A stretch of 64,000 bases of DNA from Marsupella aquatica (taxonomy: Eukaryota; Plantae; Marchantiophyta): contig OZ316892.1 in assembly GCA_973895155.1 (NCBI GenBank), forward strand, positions 9,776,283-9,840,282. Reading direction: 5' to 3'. Under the pieces are notes generated by a model. It was not told the origin of the DNA and did not search any database. It saw only the letters and a program-made list of their open reading frames with translations. Positions 40,275-53,395 of the stretch are shown here, in pieces. The position numbers and the translations under genes are program-made. Each line of letters opens with the position of its first letter. Within the stretch, counting starts at the first letter, position 1.

Positions 40275-41370
40275 GTATCTGATCCCACGCTCTTTCTTTT
40301 GCTTTACTGCGGTTGGTGATTTCCTTGCATTCATTCCCTTTCTGTTCGGGTGACGTCCTCCTCCTCCTTTTCATGATCTATCAAATGAAAAGGTTTCCAG
40401 GTCTCTGGATTATGGCATCCACGCTTTTCCGCTTGCTGTGCTCGGGTTTGATTCGTTCTTTGCTTTGCTTGCGTTGGTGATGTCCTTCCTTCTTCCCTTC
40501 AGCTAACATCCTCCTCCTCCTCCTCCTCCTCATCGTCATGATTTACAAAATGAATTCTTTCCAGGTCACTGAATGATGTCACTTTTCCGCTTGCTTTGCT
40601 CGAGTTTGTGTTCCCTTTCAGTCGTTCTTTACTTTGCTTGCGTTGGTGATGTCTTTCATTCAATCATTCTTCTCTTCAGCTGGCATCATCTTCCTCCCCT
40701 CCGTGATTCCCAAATGAATGTCGTTGTAGGTCACTGAATCATGGCATCCACGCTTTTCCGCTTTGCTTTGCTCGGGGTTTGTACTCGATTGATTCGTTCT
40801 TTGCTTGGGGTGGTGATTTCTTTCAATTATTCTTCTTCCCTTCAGCTGACATCATCTTCCTCTTCTCCATGATTCCCCAAATGAATGTCGTGCTAGGTCA
40901 CTGAATCATGTCATCCACGCTTTTCCGCTTGCTTTGCTCGGATTTGTGCTCCGTTTGATTCGCTCTTGGCTTTCGCTGAGGTCATCATTCTCCTCTCAGC
41001 TCCTTAATGAGTGTCGTTCCTGCTTCAGAGTGTTCATTTCAATTCTGTTGAGCTGAATTGAGTGAAAGTGAAGAGAATTGGAGCAATGTGAGTGAGATTT
41101 GGTGATCGTTTCCTGACTCCGCAATATCGTTCAAAGATGTTTCGATTTCTACATCGTGGATTCTGAATCTTGTGTCGAGTCAATCGGCAGACGAGGATTT
41201 TCCACTCTCCTCGCCGACTATGCTGAAGTTCGTGTCTCGGTCGATCTATAGCCTGCTTTTTCACTCTCCTCCACCGTCTGATGCTGCTTTCTCACTAGCT
41301 CCAACGGTGGAAGTGCTTTTCCGGTCGCCTTCCCTAACTCCTCTAACATCATCTCCTCTAAGTGTGCAGG
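40275..41370 (+). other. Probable 5'-UTR intron of PSAT containing ~165-bp degenerate tandem repeats
   Basis: Donor AAAG|GTATCT and acceptor TGCAG|GAC, with a CT-rich leader upstream. CACGCTTTTCCGCTT recurs at ~40418, 40580 (degenerate), 40748 and 40914. Confidence 0.55.
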
Positions 41371-41426
41371 ACTTTGCGAAAATAATCAATTAGCCGCTGA
41401 GCAGCAGTGAGGGCAGACATAATCAG

Positions 41427-42713
41427 ATGGCAGCTATGGCGCATCTCCAATTGGCACCGAGCGGCACAACTCTCGGTTTGACGACGTCATTCAGAGGGAT
41501 GAAGGTGGACAAACTGAATGTTAGGGTTCCGCAAGCTTCAGGATTCGCAGCTCCGTCGCTTATGATCACCCGCTGCACTGCCACGGTCCCTACCTCTGTG
41601 TCCTCCAAGGCACCCACGACTGATGATGGCAGAGTGTTCAACTTCGCTGCCGGTCCGGCCACTCTGCCCGCCAATGTGGTCAAGCAGGCTCAGGCCGACC
41701 TCTACAACTGGAGAGGGAGCGGGATGAGCATCATGGAAGTAAGCCACAGGGGAAAAGAGTTCCTCTCCATCATTCAGAAGGCGGAGGCCGATTTGAGAGC
41801 CCTGCTCAAAATTCCGGATGACTATGTGGTCCTCTTCCTGCAGGGAGGCGCCTCGACGCAATTCTCCGCCATTCCTCTCAATTTGGCCACACCGGAGGAT
41901 ACGGCCGATTATATCGTGAGCGGCTCGTGGGGGGATAGGGCCTACAAGGAGGCTCAGAAGTATTGCAAGGCCAATCTGGCCTGGACTGGGAAGCCCGGGA
42001 AGTACACGGGTCTGCCATCTGAGAATGATATCAAACTCACTCCGGGGGCTAAGTATGTGCACATTTGCGCTAACGAGACCATTCACGGGGTCGAGTTCAA
42101 GGAGTACCCCAAGGTGGGAGATGCAATTCTCATAGGTGATATGTCGTCCAATTTCTGCTCCAAGCCGGTCGATGTCTCCAAGTTTGGCATGATCTATGGT
42201 GGTGTGCAGAAGAATATTGGCCCAGCTGGAGTGACCATTGTGATAATGAAAAAGGAGCTCATCGGGACTGTGCAGCCCCAGACACCCACCATGTTGGAGT
42301 ATAAGATTCACGCTGATAACAAGTCTCTATATAACACTCCTCCCTGTTTCTCGATCTACATTTGTGGCCTTGTGTTTGAGGATTTGCTTGCACAGGGTGG
42401 GCTGGAGGCAGCTGAGAAGAGGAACACGGAAAAGGCGAAGATTTTGTATGATGCCATCGATGAGAGTGGTGGTTTTTACAAATGCCCGGTGGAGAAATCG
42501 GTGAGGTCTCTCATGAATGTACCGTTCACAATGGCCACGCCAGAGCTGGAAGCCGAGTTCATCAAGGAGGCTGGAGCTCAGGGGATGGTGCAATTGAAGG
42601 GGCACCGTTCAGTGGGCGGAGTACGGGCTTCCATCTATAATGCTATGCCTAAGGCTGGAGTGGAGAAACTCGTCGCTCATATGAAGGCTTTCCAGGCGAA
42701 GCATTCGTCATGA
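41427..42713 (+). CDS. PSAT: Phosphoserine aminotransferase, plastid precursor (intronless CDS)
   Basis: A Ser/Thr-rich transit peptide precedes [35 protein letters not shown], the PLP-lysine motif [15 protein letters not shown] and [16 protein letters not shown]. Confidence 0.98.
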   Translation: MAAMAHLQLAPSGTTLGLTTSFRGMKVDKLNVRVPQASGFAAPSLMITRCTATVPTSVSSKAPTTDDGRVFNFAAGPATLPANVVKQAQADLYNWRGSGMSIMEVSHRGKEFLSIIQKAEADLRALLKIPDDYVVLFLQGGASTQFSAIPLNLATPEDTADYIVSGSWGDRAYKEAQKYCKANLAWTGKPGKYTGLPSENDIKLTPGAKYVHICANETIHGVEFKEYPKVGDAILIGDMSSNFCSKPVDVSKFGMIYGGVQKNIGPAGVTIVIMKKELIGTVQPQTPTMLEYKIHADNKSLYNTPPCFSIYICGLVFEDLLAQGGLEAAEKRNTEKAKILYDAIDESGGFYKCPVEKSVRSLMNVPFTMATPELEAEFIKEAGAQGMVQLKGHRSVGGVRASIYNAMPKAGVEKLVAHMKAFQAKHSS

Positions 42714-45700
42714 ATTGTCGTACTTTGCTGCAAGGGTTGCAGTTTGCTGAATAGTTGGTGGCTTCCCCACTTTTTTGTCTTTCAAATTAGGTCACAGCTG
42801 GGAGGACATTGCCTCGATGCATCGACTTGCGGAAGTAGCTAGGAAATTGAATTGTGGGATCTGCGGGTCCACCGGAGAGAGAGGGAGAGATGGATATCAC
42901 TCATTTGAGAGCTGCTGTGCTGGTGAATTAGATACACCAGTCGAGAAAGAGAAGCATACTGCCTATTTTTTCCTATAATTTAGACAGCAACCTTTACTAT
43001 TGATGTTTATATACGGCCATAGCGAAGGGTAGTGTAGTTTATCGGAGGTTTGGAAGTATTTGTTGATATTTTTTGGAGTCACATGCCGTGCTCATAACGG
43101 TGTACTGTACATTCCGAGCACCATTCGATGTTCGGATTTGAAGAGTTGTCGATGGAAAAGATAATATTCTCCCAATGTTGTTTTCCTTATGAGACCAGTG
43201 ATACATTCCAGAGTACAGTACCCATGTGTGTCACGGAGTTGATTGTAAAGCCAAGCTCAAGTCTGGACACGTTCTCAGGAGAGCTTTGCTTTGAGATTGT
43301 GATGGACAGTAGTGACGGAAGACTACACCAGCAGGGGGGATTGCAACAGCCGTCCTGAAGTGTGTATTATACTAGCACTTCAATTTTCACTGTAATCCGT
43401 TTCTGAGCAGAAATGCTATAGCGAGGGTCGTGTGTTATTAAATGTGTGGCTGAGATGTCACTGATGTGTGGCATGAAGCACCCACAGAAAAGGGTTGAGT
43501 GTCGTGAGATGCGTGACTGTAGCTGAGATCTCACAGCGACGTGGCATGAAGCACCCTCACGAAGAGAAGGGTATCTTCCTGAAGTTCTTTTACGGAAACG
43601 TCTGTTTGACGTACCAAAATCTAATGTGGCACGTGTATGACTTCTTGATTGTCAATGTTAGTTAACGGACGAAGGTATCCTGATTCAGAATCTGTGAGTG
43701 ACACAATCCCAATTGTTGAATGACGTTTCTAGCACAGTTGGTACAATCACATGGAATGTAAAGTGCAATCTGTACAAAAAGATAGTGAAAGCAGCTCGAG
43801 AAGCAGGAAAGGATTTTGTTTATTTGTAACAGTCAACATGAATATTTAAGACTATGTTGGCACGAGTTTGTAAAGCCGTAGGACAATATTGGTTCGTTGA
43901 CGCAAGAGCAGTCTACCACACTTTTTAAGATGCAAACTATCATGCGGCTGTCAAAATCTAGTGGAGCATCTGAGGGAGGGATCTTGCCACTGACGATCTC
44001 CTACGCTTAGATGTAAGATATCATATATCGAAGGAAGTGAAATAAATGTTTTCTTCGTCCCCATCAGGTAGCAATACCATTGTCCACTTGTCCATGAAAC
44101 AGATAAGTGAAGGATTTTGTTTTCTGCCACCAAAGAACGATCTCGCACATTGTGTGTAAGATATTATGTGTCGATGAATTGCAGAACTGCGCAAGGAACT
44201 TCATTATTTCTGGCTTGACAGCGTATGTGGGCCAATGAACATAGCACACAGGAGACGGCACGCAAAGGGATTTGGCTTCCTGCCACGAAATAAGTCTCTG
44301 AAACAGGTGAGTGGGGAGTGGGGAGGGATCTATGTCCTGCCACCAAGTAATATTCTACCACGTCTAATAATCATGTAAGCGGAAATTACAAGGGAAGGAT
44401 TTGCTGTGGAACTACTGTATCCCAACGAAAGAAAGATCGCCCAATTCGATGGAATTAGTATGAGGATAGACCGCTAGCTGGGTCATAAAGGGAGTATCAT
44501 GGCGGCCTAGAGCATCATGCCGGCCATGGCTTCAAGAGTAGTGAGTTTCTGGAGCCAAGGTCATTCAGTTGTTACCATACATATTTCGGAGGGCAAACTG
44601 TAAAATTTCTGCTAAGTTGAGGCTGTATTTTATGTCAGCTTGCACTGCAGGTAGAAAGCGTGTTTGCAAACTAAAAACTGATCATTTAGTTCAATCATTC
44701 CTAGCTGGTCAATAAAGTTGCACTCAGACGCCGTGCTTTTCATCTTCGATTTGGGTTACAACAGTTATCAGTACAATTGAGTTCCCCTAAATTATAACAA
44801 ACCTGTGGACAGTTCCCACATCTCAGCACATGTTCAGACATAAGAAATGAGTACCCCGGGCAGTGGCTCAAAGCTCAAAAGAAAGAATGATTAGTGTCAT
44901 CTCATTTGTTCACCATAGGGGTGATCAACGGCTCAAAACGAGATCTAGCTTTCACATAAACCACGTGTAAAAAGTGTAGATAATATTTTCAAAGAAATCA
45001 CCAAGTACGTATTCAGGGTAACAACGGTCTCATGATTGGGAACTGATCAAAAGAGCCCGTAGGACAGGTTTACTGTTCACCCTAGGCATATGATATTGAA
45101 AAGTCCCCATAATGGACCACTAAGTACTGTGGGGTCCATACGAAAGTATGACAGTTGGCCAAACGGGTGCACCAAAATGTGTGTGGTCCTACCATCGCCT
45201 TGGACGACCCAACGAATAATCTCCCTAATCAAGGAGGAAGGATTTGTGCCATTTGTGCTTTGTTGGAAGACATTAGACGTAAAGTATCTTCTTAAACTAG
45301 TGACAACCTTATTTGCTCTATTATTCATGAAACCTATTCGGTGGTGACACCCAATTTGCTAAAAAAAAAACACAGAAACTCGATGGAGAGAAAAATATTA
45401 GGGATTTAAAACTAATAATTGTGGAGAGACTGCCTTTGAGCAAGGTGTGCAACTGGCTTCCAGGTGGTAAACCACAGGTTTAAAGTTTGTGTAAATTTTA
45501 ATATGATTAGTAACTAAATGGAAAACTAAAAGGTCATAGCAACCATAAAAAAACAAACCTTTTGATCTTCCACTTAACAAAATAGTATCAATTCCAGCTT
45601 ACTAGGAGAAAACTAAACAAACCAACCTAAAGGGACGCCAAGGAAAATGTCCAGAATGATGTTTTCTAAACTGGCCTTGGCTCCTGTCAACTATATTGAT

Positions 45701-46114
45701 GAGGCCTAGGTCTTCCATGTGCTGCATGAAGTCTTTCTTTTGATTCAAGATAAGCAAACATGGAGTGCGGTTTAGTCTAGGCATGTATGCACATGGTCAA
45801 GAATATCATACAAGCTGATCTAATTGCACTAGTAAAAAATACCCACGATTTTCACCAAATTGCTCATGACTATAGTCACTAAGTCTAATTCAATGATGTG
45901 TTGACTTTCAAGTCATTGAACAACTAATAAAAACACTTCTTGTTGTTTAGTCATAAAAATGACTTGTCCAAAACACCCTAGCTTTTGGATCTAATACTCG
46001 GCAGCTTAGTTCTGGTTTGCTTTAGTTAGAGAAGGAAAACCAATTTGATTTTCATCCAAAACTTCCTAATGAGGACTCATCATATAGGTTAGCAGTATTA
46101 CCCTCCCCTAGACC

Positions 46115-46545
46115 AGAGTCAAGGGGGAGATTGCTGGATATTTATTCTTACGTCTAGGGTTACAAGATGTAACCATAGTTAGGCTAACTGTAGTCAGAGA
46201 TAGGGTTAGGTTAACTAAGTTGCACATTATATCCTAAGCGATGGTTGCTAGGATAAGGCAAACTAAGGCTCATTGTTATGGAGTCACTTGAGAGATGAGA
46301 AGAGCTTACATTGTGGAGACTCGGTATGGCCAAGGGGCTTAGAGTTCAGTAAAGCTCTCTTGTGTGTTCCCATGGACATAGCCTTGAGGAGGTGAACCAT
46401 GTATCTTTTGTGTCGGTCACTTGTGCGTTGGATGTGCCATGTGTTTACTGTTGTAAATGTCATCTATGCTCAGCACTGATGACTTGCACTAGACCTGATC
46501 TTGTCATGGTTATGGGCAAGGTGAGTAGGTACAATCATGTCAAAT
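46115..46545 (+). mobile_element. Copia relic: PPT plus 3' LTR (46132-46475) abutting an RT fragment
   Basis: The PPT AGAGTCAAGGGGGAG is identical to 24086-24100, and LTR motifs follow. Downstream LMTCTRPDLVMVMGKVSRY matches LMTCTRPDLALAMGKVSRF at ~23250. Confidence 0.75.
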
Positions 46546-48785
46546 CTAGTGAAGATACTATTTGGTTGAACATAGTTATCACAAGATAGGATTGTCACAA
46601 GGGAAGTGTCCAAAAGACACTCTAAATGCCGTAAATGCACTTCCAGAATTTTGTCTCCAGTAATTTTGTTTCAACCCACACTTACACATTGGACATGGTG
46701 CATTTTACATTCCAATATTTGGTCTTTAATTCAATTTACTCCCCTTCATGTCTACTCTACCTGATCATTGATTGATTGGCATCTTGGTTACATTACGGCA
46801 TGCTTCATCTCTGGCCCTTAGTGTGTTGTTATTTTTCAAAAGGAAGATTTCCTTTTTGCAAGCTTTTTGGAAGTCGCACAATGGGCCTTTCCGGAAATGC
46901 AAAGGGAAAACAATAAATTCCAGACAGATTAGCCTGAGAAACTTTGTATGAGGGGAAATGCCTGAGTAAACAGGGTTCAAAACTACACCACAACACATGT
47001 TTGGCTAGGCGTCAAAATAATCCCAGGTAAACTAGACTGAGAAATTTTCCAGCTGCTGCAAAAAATTGAAATGGCCACCTATGAAAGTCTTGATAGCAAA
47101 TGAAAATAACTTGTTGTCATGAAAGAAAGTGAGTAAATTGAAATGACCACCTGTTAGAGTATGGAAGCGAATTCAAATATTGTAAACAAAATTTCAAATA
47201 TAGTAAACAAAATTATAGCTATGGTAAGTTGGCCACACTGTATGTACGTAGTAGGATGTGACTTGAGATCTGCTCATCAAACTTGAGATCTGGTGGTCAC
47301 AGGTCACACCTGGCCAGTTGAGGTAACTACCAGGACCCACTTAGGCCATTTCGGTGTCTTGATTTGACACGTTTCTCCATTTATTTGTCAGTGGGTGCAT
47401 ATTTAGTATTAGTATTTAACTTGAGATCTCTGTCACAAGTCACACCTGGCCACTCACCTGAGGTGATCACCAGTCCCCATTGAGGCCGTTTCTGTCCATT
47501 TGTTTGACACGTTTGTGGTGATGAAAGGAGATGCACTGTTTGCTCCAGCTGAGACATTGAATGCTCCTCACCCCCAAGTATTTGGAGAGGGTCACTTGAT
47601 AGTACTCTCTTTGCGTCAGGCTGCATGGAGAGCTTACAAAGCATGCGAGTGATCTCGCCAGGTGTAGATGCCTGTATGCAACACGTGTGTGACAATATAC
47701 ATTCACTTGGTCGATTTTTGTCTTTTGTGAGAAATAATCTGAAAAAAAGGAGCCACAAAGTACAATGTAGGCTAAAAAACCAAAATAGTTTCAGAAAGGA
47801 CAAACACCAGACTCAAAGAAATGTGCAATTGCAAAAACTTCTAAAGAAAATGGCAAATTTAAACCCTAGAACCTAGAAAGATGGAAGAAAACGAAATGGA
47901 AAACAGCTTTGTGGCTAACATCTCGGTCACTTAAAGGCCATCTAATTGAGCAGCAGAGCAAATTGCCGTCAAGCAAATAAACCTGATTCCGAGTTGTCAA
48001 GACTTATAGTTTAGACCTACCTTTGTAAAAAAATCCATCCTCAATGACCCTATCCCCATAAGCTGAAAGATATAGGCCCCACCACAAACTACCCTAGGGA
48101 CTCTCAAGTTCCCTCATGCACTATGTAAGTCAATATTTTTCTCCTTTCAAATCATAGTCAAATGCCCCTCAAATGATTTCTTTAGATTCATATTTTCCTT
48201 TAAAAAATTAAATTCGCTGATAAATCCCCAGCTTTACATAAGGACACCTAGAAAAGTCCTAACCTAAGTGTTATAATGTTTATTCCAAGTTTCACCAACA
48301 TTACCTAATTATGTCCACTTGGCCAAAATTTTCAATAATTAATGATTTCTTGAGTGAATTTCAACTTTGGGTTGGATTTCAAATATATTTTTATCCGTAT
48401 AGGTTCCTTTTCGTTGTGGACGCCTTCTGTCCCTTTTCCCAACTTGCCCGTGGCACCAACGCCCTCTCGCTAGCAATGATTTATATTTAAAATACGTAAT
48501 GCAAGGATAAATAATTGTATGTTTCTCTGTAGGACCTTATTGCAAGTGTTTCAATTTGCCTGAAAGAATGTGGTATTTTATACACTACTTGAGGTAAAAT
48601 AGGGAAATTAGTATGTATTTATTCTGAGTTCTAGAGTTATGACAAATTCCATAGTCAGGCTAACCATAATTATAAATTTGATTAATTTAATCATCCTATA
48701 TTTTATATATATGCATGCTGGTGTGTTTGTGGAAGAGTAACTTAGGTTCATTTTATGAAGTTACTTGAGAGATAAAGAGAACTTG

Positions 48786-49114
48786 TGTTAACGATTTACT
48801 CTTTAGATCTAGAGTTATGATTAGGATCATGATTAGAAATTTAGTGGCTTGGTTAGGTTAGTTGTGCTATATGTACAAGAGGGTCATTGTTTGTGAGAAA
48901 GAAGTAAATCTCATGTTATGGAACCAGTTGAGAGATAAGACAAACTTCAATAACAAAGACTCAATATGGCAGATGGGTCAAGAGTACAATAAGGTTCTTA
49001 TGTGTTCTTATGAATATACCCTAATTTGACATAAATCACATATCTCTTTGTGTTAACTATTTGTTTGTTAGATGATTATAGACATGTCATTGTGGATGTT
49101 TTCTTTGTTTAACA
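48786..49114 (+). mobile_element. Solo LTR nested in an older LTR remnant (~48610-49292)
   Basis: TGTTA..TAACA ends with a perfect ACTTG TSD; the flanks also carry LTR-family motifs. Confidence 0.7.
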
Positions 49115-51046
49115 ACTTGTGTTAACTGACCTAGAGTGCAACGTGTGCTAACTGACCTAGAGTGCAGTAAAACTCTTGTGGATTCCCATGAACGTCATCT
49201 CATTGGAGGTCAACCATATATGTTTTTGTGTAAACTACTTCTTTGTTGGATGGTCGTGTATGTGCCATTACAAGTCACGTCTTTTCTCAACAAGAATTAT
49301 ATATACCTAATTTCTGCATAAATTATATTCGCCTTTTTAGGAAAATAGCCTTTTTGAGTGCCTGATTAACTAAATACTACATCCATACTCTTTTTTGTTG
49401 TTTTTTCTGGCCTTTTTGTGTTGACATGCCTTCTTTGGCCTGCTGGTTCCCCCCATTGGTGGGGTTCACGTGGAATAAAAGTTTACTTTCAGTTTTTTTT
49501 TTTAAATTAACCTTTTTCTGCAACTAATGATGATGCTTCCAATGACAACCCAGCACTACCTTTAGTGCTTGAAAAATGGCCAGACCCAAGAACAGTAAAA
49601 TTTTGAGCCAATTGACTGTAAGATAAAAACGGAAAAAAACTTACAAAGAAACTTGACTATTAACATGCCCAAGGACAAAAACCGAGCAAAAAGTAACTGA
49701 TTGTAACCATTTTATATCTTCATTGGCAGTGAAGGAAAAGGCCCTCATTTTAGATCGCTTCATTAAATATTGAAATTGTCTTTCTTCACCCTAAGCATTG
49801 GCACACAGTAAAGTGAAACAGGCCGTGGGCTTCATGCCGAAAAAAAATTAAAAATCAGGTTTGATCATTGATTATTGAAGTCCAGGAGAGAGAGGCTGTG
49901 GTAATTTTGTTTTTCATGAATGGGATAGACGAACTAGCAAGGGGGGAGGGGCAATAGAAACGTCATCATTTCTCCAAAGATTTGGCAAATCCAACTACAC
50001 CTAAAGGCAGATTTTGCTTAATATCTGTTCCTCCCTGTTTTTCTTGATATCATTAGCCAGCAGTTGGAGAAAGGAAGATTTTAAAAGTATTTAGTGAAGT
50101 TAAAATTCAGTGCCAACCAACACTTACTACCATACTCAGCCTGGCTTGTGAAAATCAACAATTCAAATTATTATCGAAAGTTTTCACTTCACTGTAAACG
50201 TATTTTAGGGTACTGTGAAACCTCTGAATAATTTTGTGATGCTAATTTAAGAAGTTTTTGAGCAATTTAATGCAAACACTGACTTTGCAGCTATTTCCAC
50301 TCGTTATATTGTGAAGATTTAGTCACAAAGGAAGTAAAAAGAAGACAATGGGCCCTCACCTCACGTAAAGCTACTCCCGGAGGTTAGTTACCAAACCAAA
50401 CGGGTCTCCTTTCTTGTAACGCTCATTGCAACTTTTTCACTCAATGTACCGTCATGAATTGATATCAAAGGGCATAACAAGAAAAGAACGGCCCCCACTT
50501 CTTGTGAAGCTTCCCTTAAAGGATAGACACCATACCTGAATGTACCTCCACCTCTGCAATAAAATAAAGTGGCAGCCGTTTCTAGTTATAATAGTGTCCA
50601 GATTGAACATGATTGAACATTAGAGAGAATGAAACGAACGCAATGGACCCAGGACTTCTTATAAAGCTATCTTAAGAGGGTCCTGGAACAAACCGACTTT
50701 CTTGACCACTCAATGAAGTTGCACTGGGCTAGATTTGAAAAAACAAACGTTTCTCCGAGCAAGTGCACGGGAGTCGGAGCTAAAGTGGGTCTTACTTGCC
50801 AGAAGATCTAACAGCTATCCTTATCCTCACGGAAATCCAACGATGGAATGGATTCTATGGTTGCAAAGCTTTCTCAGTAAAGTTTTCCGAGCCTAAAAAT
50901 AACAAAACATGGTTGCAAAGCAGCTTCCAGGGAAGGGATACGACTTTCCCTTCCCTCACAAAATAAGACAACATTGGCTGGACTCAGGAGCAAATTCGCC
51001 GAGGCGAGGCAGCTGCATGGATTGGAGTGTGGCACGTAGGGAGCTG

Positions 51047-51048
<2 letters not shown>

Positions 51049-51086
<38 letters not shown>
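51049..51086. repeat. (GA)n microsatellite
   Basis: Pure AG run; similar (CT)n runs occur at 39773-39805 and 40082-40104. Confidence 0.95.
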
Positions 51087-51089
<3 letters not shown>

Positions 51090-53092
51090 GTTGTCTTCGT
51101 GGTCGTCCTCGCTCTGACCCAGCAGCCTGCATAGTCCATACAGTACTCCATAGCCTGGGGTTGCCAATGAGCCCCCAGTCCCCGACCGACCAATTCACGG
51201 GGCCACGAGCGATGACCAGAAATCCAGAATCATCAATCACACAAGACGCTACTCATGAACTCAGACTGCAGCGGCGGATGACTGATGAGCTGATGATGGG
51301 TCATGGAATCCAGCTGCAGCTGCGGCGTTCCTTTGTAGTTCTTACAACCCTCTTACAACCCTTCTCGCTGGATTGCTGGTACTCCATGATAGCTTTTTGA
51401 CGGTTATACTCTGCTGCAGTTTTGCGTGGGTGGCAATGCGCTAGACCCTCTACTTCTGTAGGCCATAGGGACTGTTTCAGTGCCGTAGTTGGACTCTTCT
51501 CAATCATTCCAAACTACTCTCGCTCTCGCTCTCTGTGCGAGTATGCGCTGCCCATTTCCTGGGGCATTACTGCTTGTCGGTCTGCTGGACGTGCGTGTCG
51601 TCTGCGAGAGAAGACAAGACGAAGGAATCTGCTCCCTTCTGGTCATCAGGCCATCGGCTTTGATTGTGTTGATATAGAGGCGTCAGGTCTGCGGTCTCCC
51701 CACGCAGGAGCCGAACAGCGGCGATTCGAGGAACACGACTGTACTCTCTGTCTCCCTCTCGTTCTCTGGATATTTGGGGCATTGTTTGGCATGCACCTGG
51801 GCCCAAATTCCTACCCCTCGTGCAGCGACAAGATACCACTACTGTAGCAAAATCATATTAACAATGAATGGCGGACGCTCAGAAACATTCAACTCAATCC
51901 GGGAAAATATTCTCAACGTGGGCACTCACTTGGGATTGTGATCGACGAGCTGAGTGTGAGGATCGAGACCGAACTGGATCAATCCCAACATGACATTTAT
52001 GAAATCGAAGCTCGAGCAGGAGTATTGGATTGTTTTTTGCCGGTCAAGACGTCAAAGCACTCGCTCAGTCCAAGACTGCCAAAATTATGAATTCCGAAAA
52101 CTGACTCGCTTCTATCGAGAGAATATATTAGAGTCTCATTTCTTGCGGTGAACTGTCCGATTCAAGTATTTACCCATTCCAAGATTCTATTCATCCATTC
52201 CATTCCTACGAAATGGTGCGTCTGAAATGCATCAATGTTGGATCTGGTTTCGTGACGAGGAGAGCATCTTGCAAAAGATTTCTCAAATATCTCTAAACTC
52301 ATTCGATGTACTTTTTGAGACCTTTCCCTCAGTCGGGAAGACTTTTAGCTTTTCACTTTAGGACTGTTACCTTGTCAGACCATCACCTAACGTTGAATCT
52401 GGTTTTGTAGAATAGCATTGTTCATTTCTATAAATCTCCCCGAATTCACTCGATGTACTTTCTAAACCTTTCTCTCGGGGAGAGTTTTGGCATTCCACTG
52501 CAGAGCACCCAGAATCAAGCTATCGCTTACCCGCACTATCATTTGTGGTTACGGTCAAAGGAATCCTTCCAAGACTGGAAGCCAGGGGATTAGGGGAAAG
52601 AAAAAGTGCTAAAGTTCACTGTCGCAGCTGTCTTCACAACCGAATATAAGTTTGACGCTGAATATTCTAAAGCCAAGTGTCTTCACAAGCGCCATCTTAG
52701 TGGTAAAGGCCTAAAGTTCATTCTCTCGTTGTCCTCACACTCATCATTCAGTCTGATCGTCTTCGCTCTAAGCAAGACAGACAGGACACACGCACTCGCG
52801 CCAGTTATTTATCCACAAGTCTATTTTCCACTTAAGAATAGTCTACCTATACACGAAACTGTCAATATTGGCACAGGTTGATCTAAATATAGCACGGGGA
52901 TTGGAATTCAGGGCTCAGTAGTAGGTGTATCTCCCACATTCAAATTATCTCTCCGTGAATGACCCGTCTTCCAAGGGTTGATATAGAGGACTTTACATCT
53001 GACTTGCTTGAGGTTGAAGGAGCTGCTTACCTGTTACGTCCTGTAGCTGTTTATCTACGCTAGCTTGTCTATTCTTGTCATGCTTCGTGCTT

Positions 53093-53395
53093 CTTCTTTT
53101 TTGCCTTGAAACCGAAAGCTGACCAATCCAACAGAGGATAGACCATCAACTCCGGAGCATGCACCTCTGTAGGGTAGCCCACAAGGGGGTTCATACCCAA
53201 GACCAGGAGGGAGAGAGGGTTGGACCAGAGCCCAAAGCGGACCAGCCAGGGCTGAAGAAAAACCAATACTCCCACCACTACACCCCACCCACACACACAC
53301 TCACCCTCCACAACCCTTGCATGTGGAGGGGGCATTGAACCTGGGACCTCTCAGTTCTAGGCTCATCCCTTGGCCAACTGACCACAGCCAGTTGG
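53093..53395 (-). mobile_element. Full-length tRNA-derived SINE with long TSD
   Basis: Direct repeat TTGTCATGCTTCGTGCTT at 53075-53092 and 53396-53413. On the minus strand it has A-box TGGTCAGTTGG, B-box-like GGTTCAATGCC and the tail AAAAAAGAAG. Confidence 0.85.

Noticed and set aside
41538-42311. 257-aa antisense ORF over PSAT
   Set aside because: It is a shadow of GC3-rich codon usage in the real gene and has no recognisable motifs.
51736-51760. miR529 target or mimic site (CTGTACTCTCTGTCTCCCTCT)
   Set aside because: Too many mismatches against the miRNA 5' region; CT-rich low complexity makes a chance match likely.
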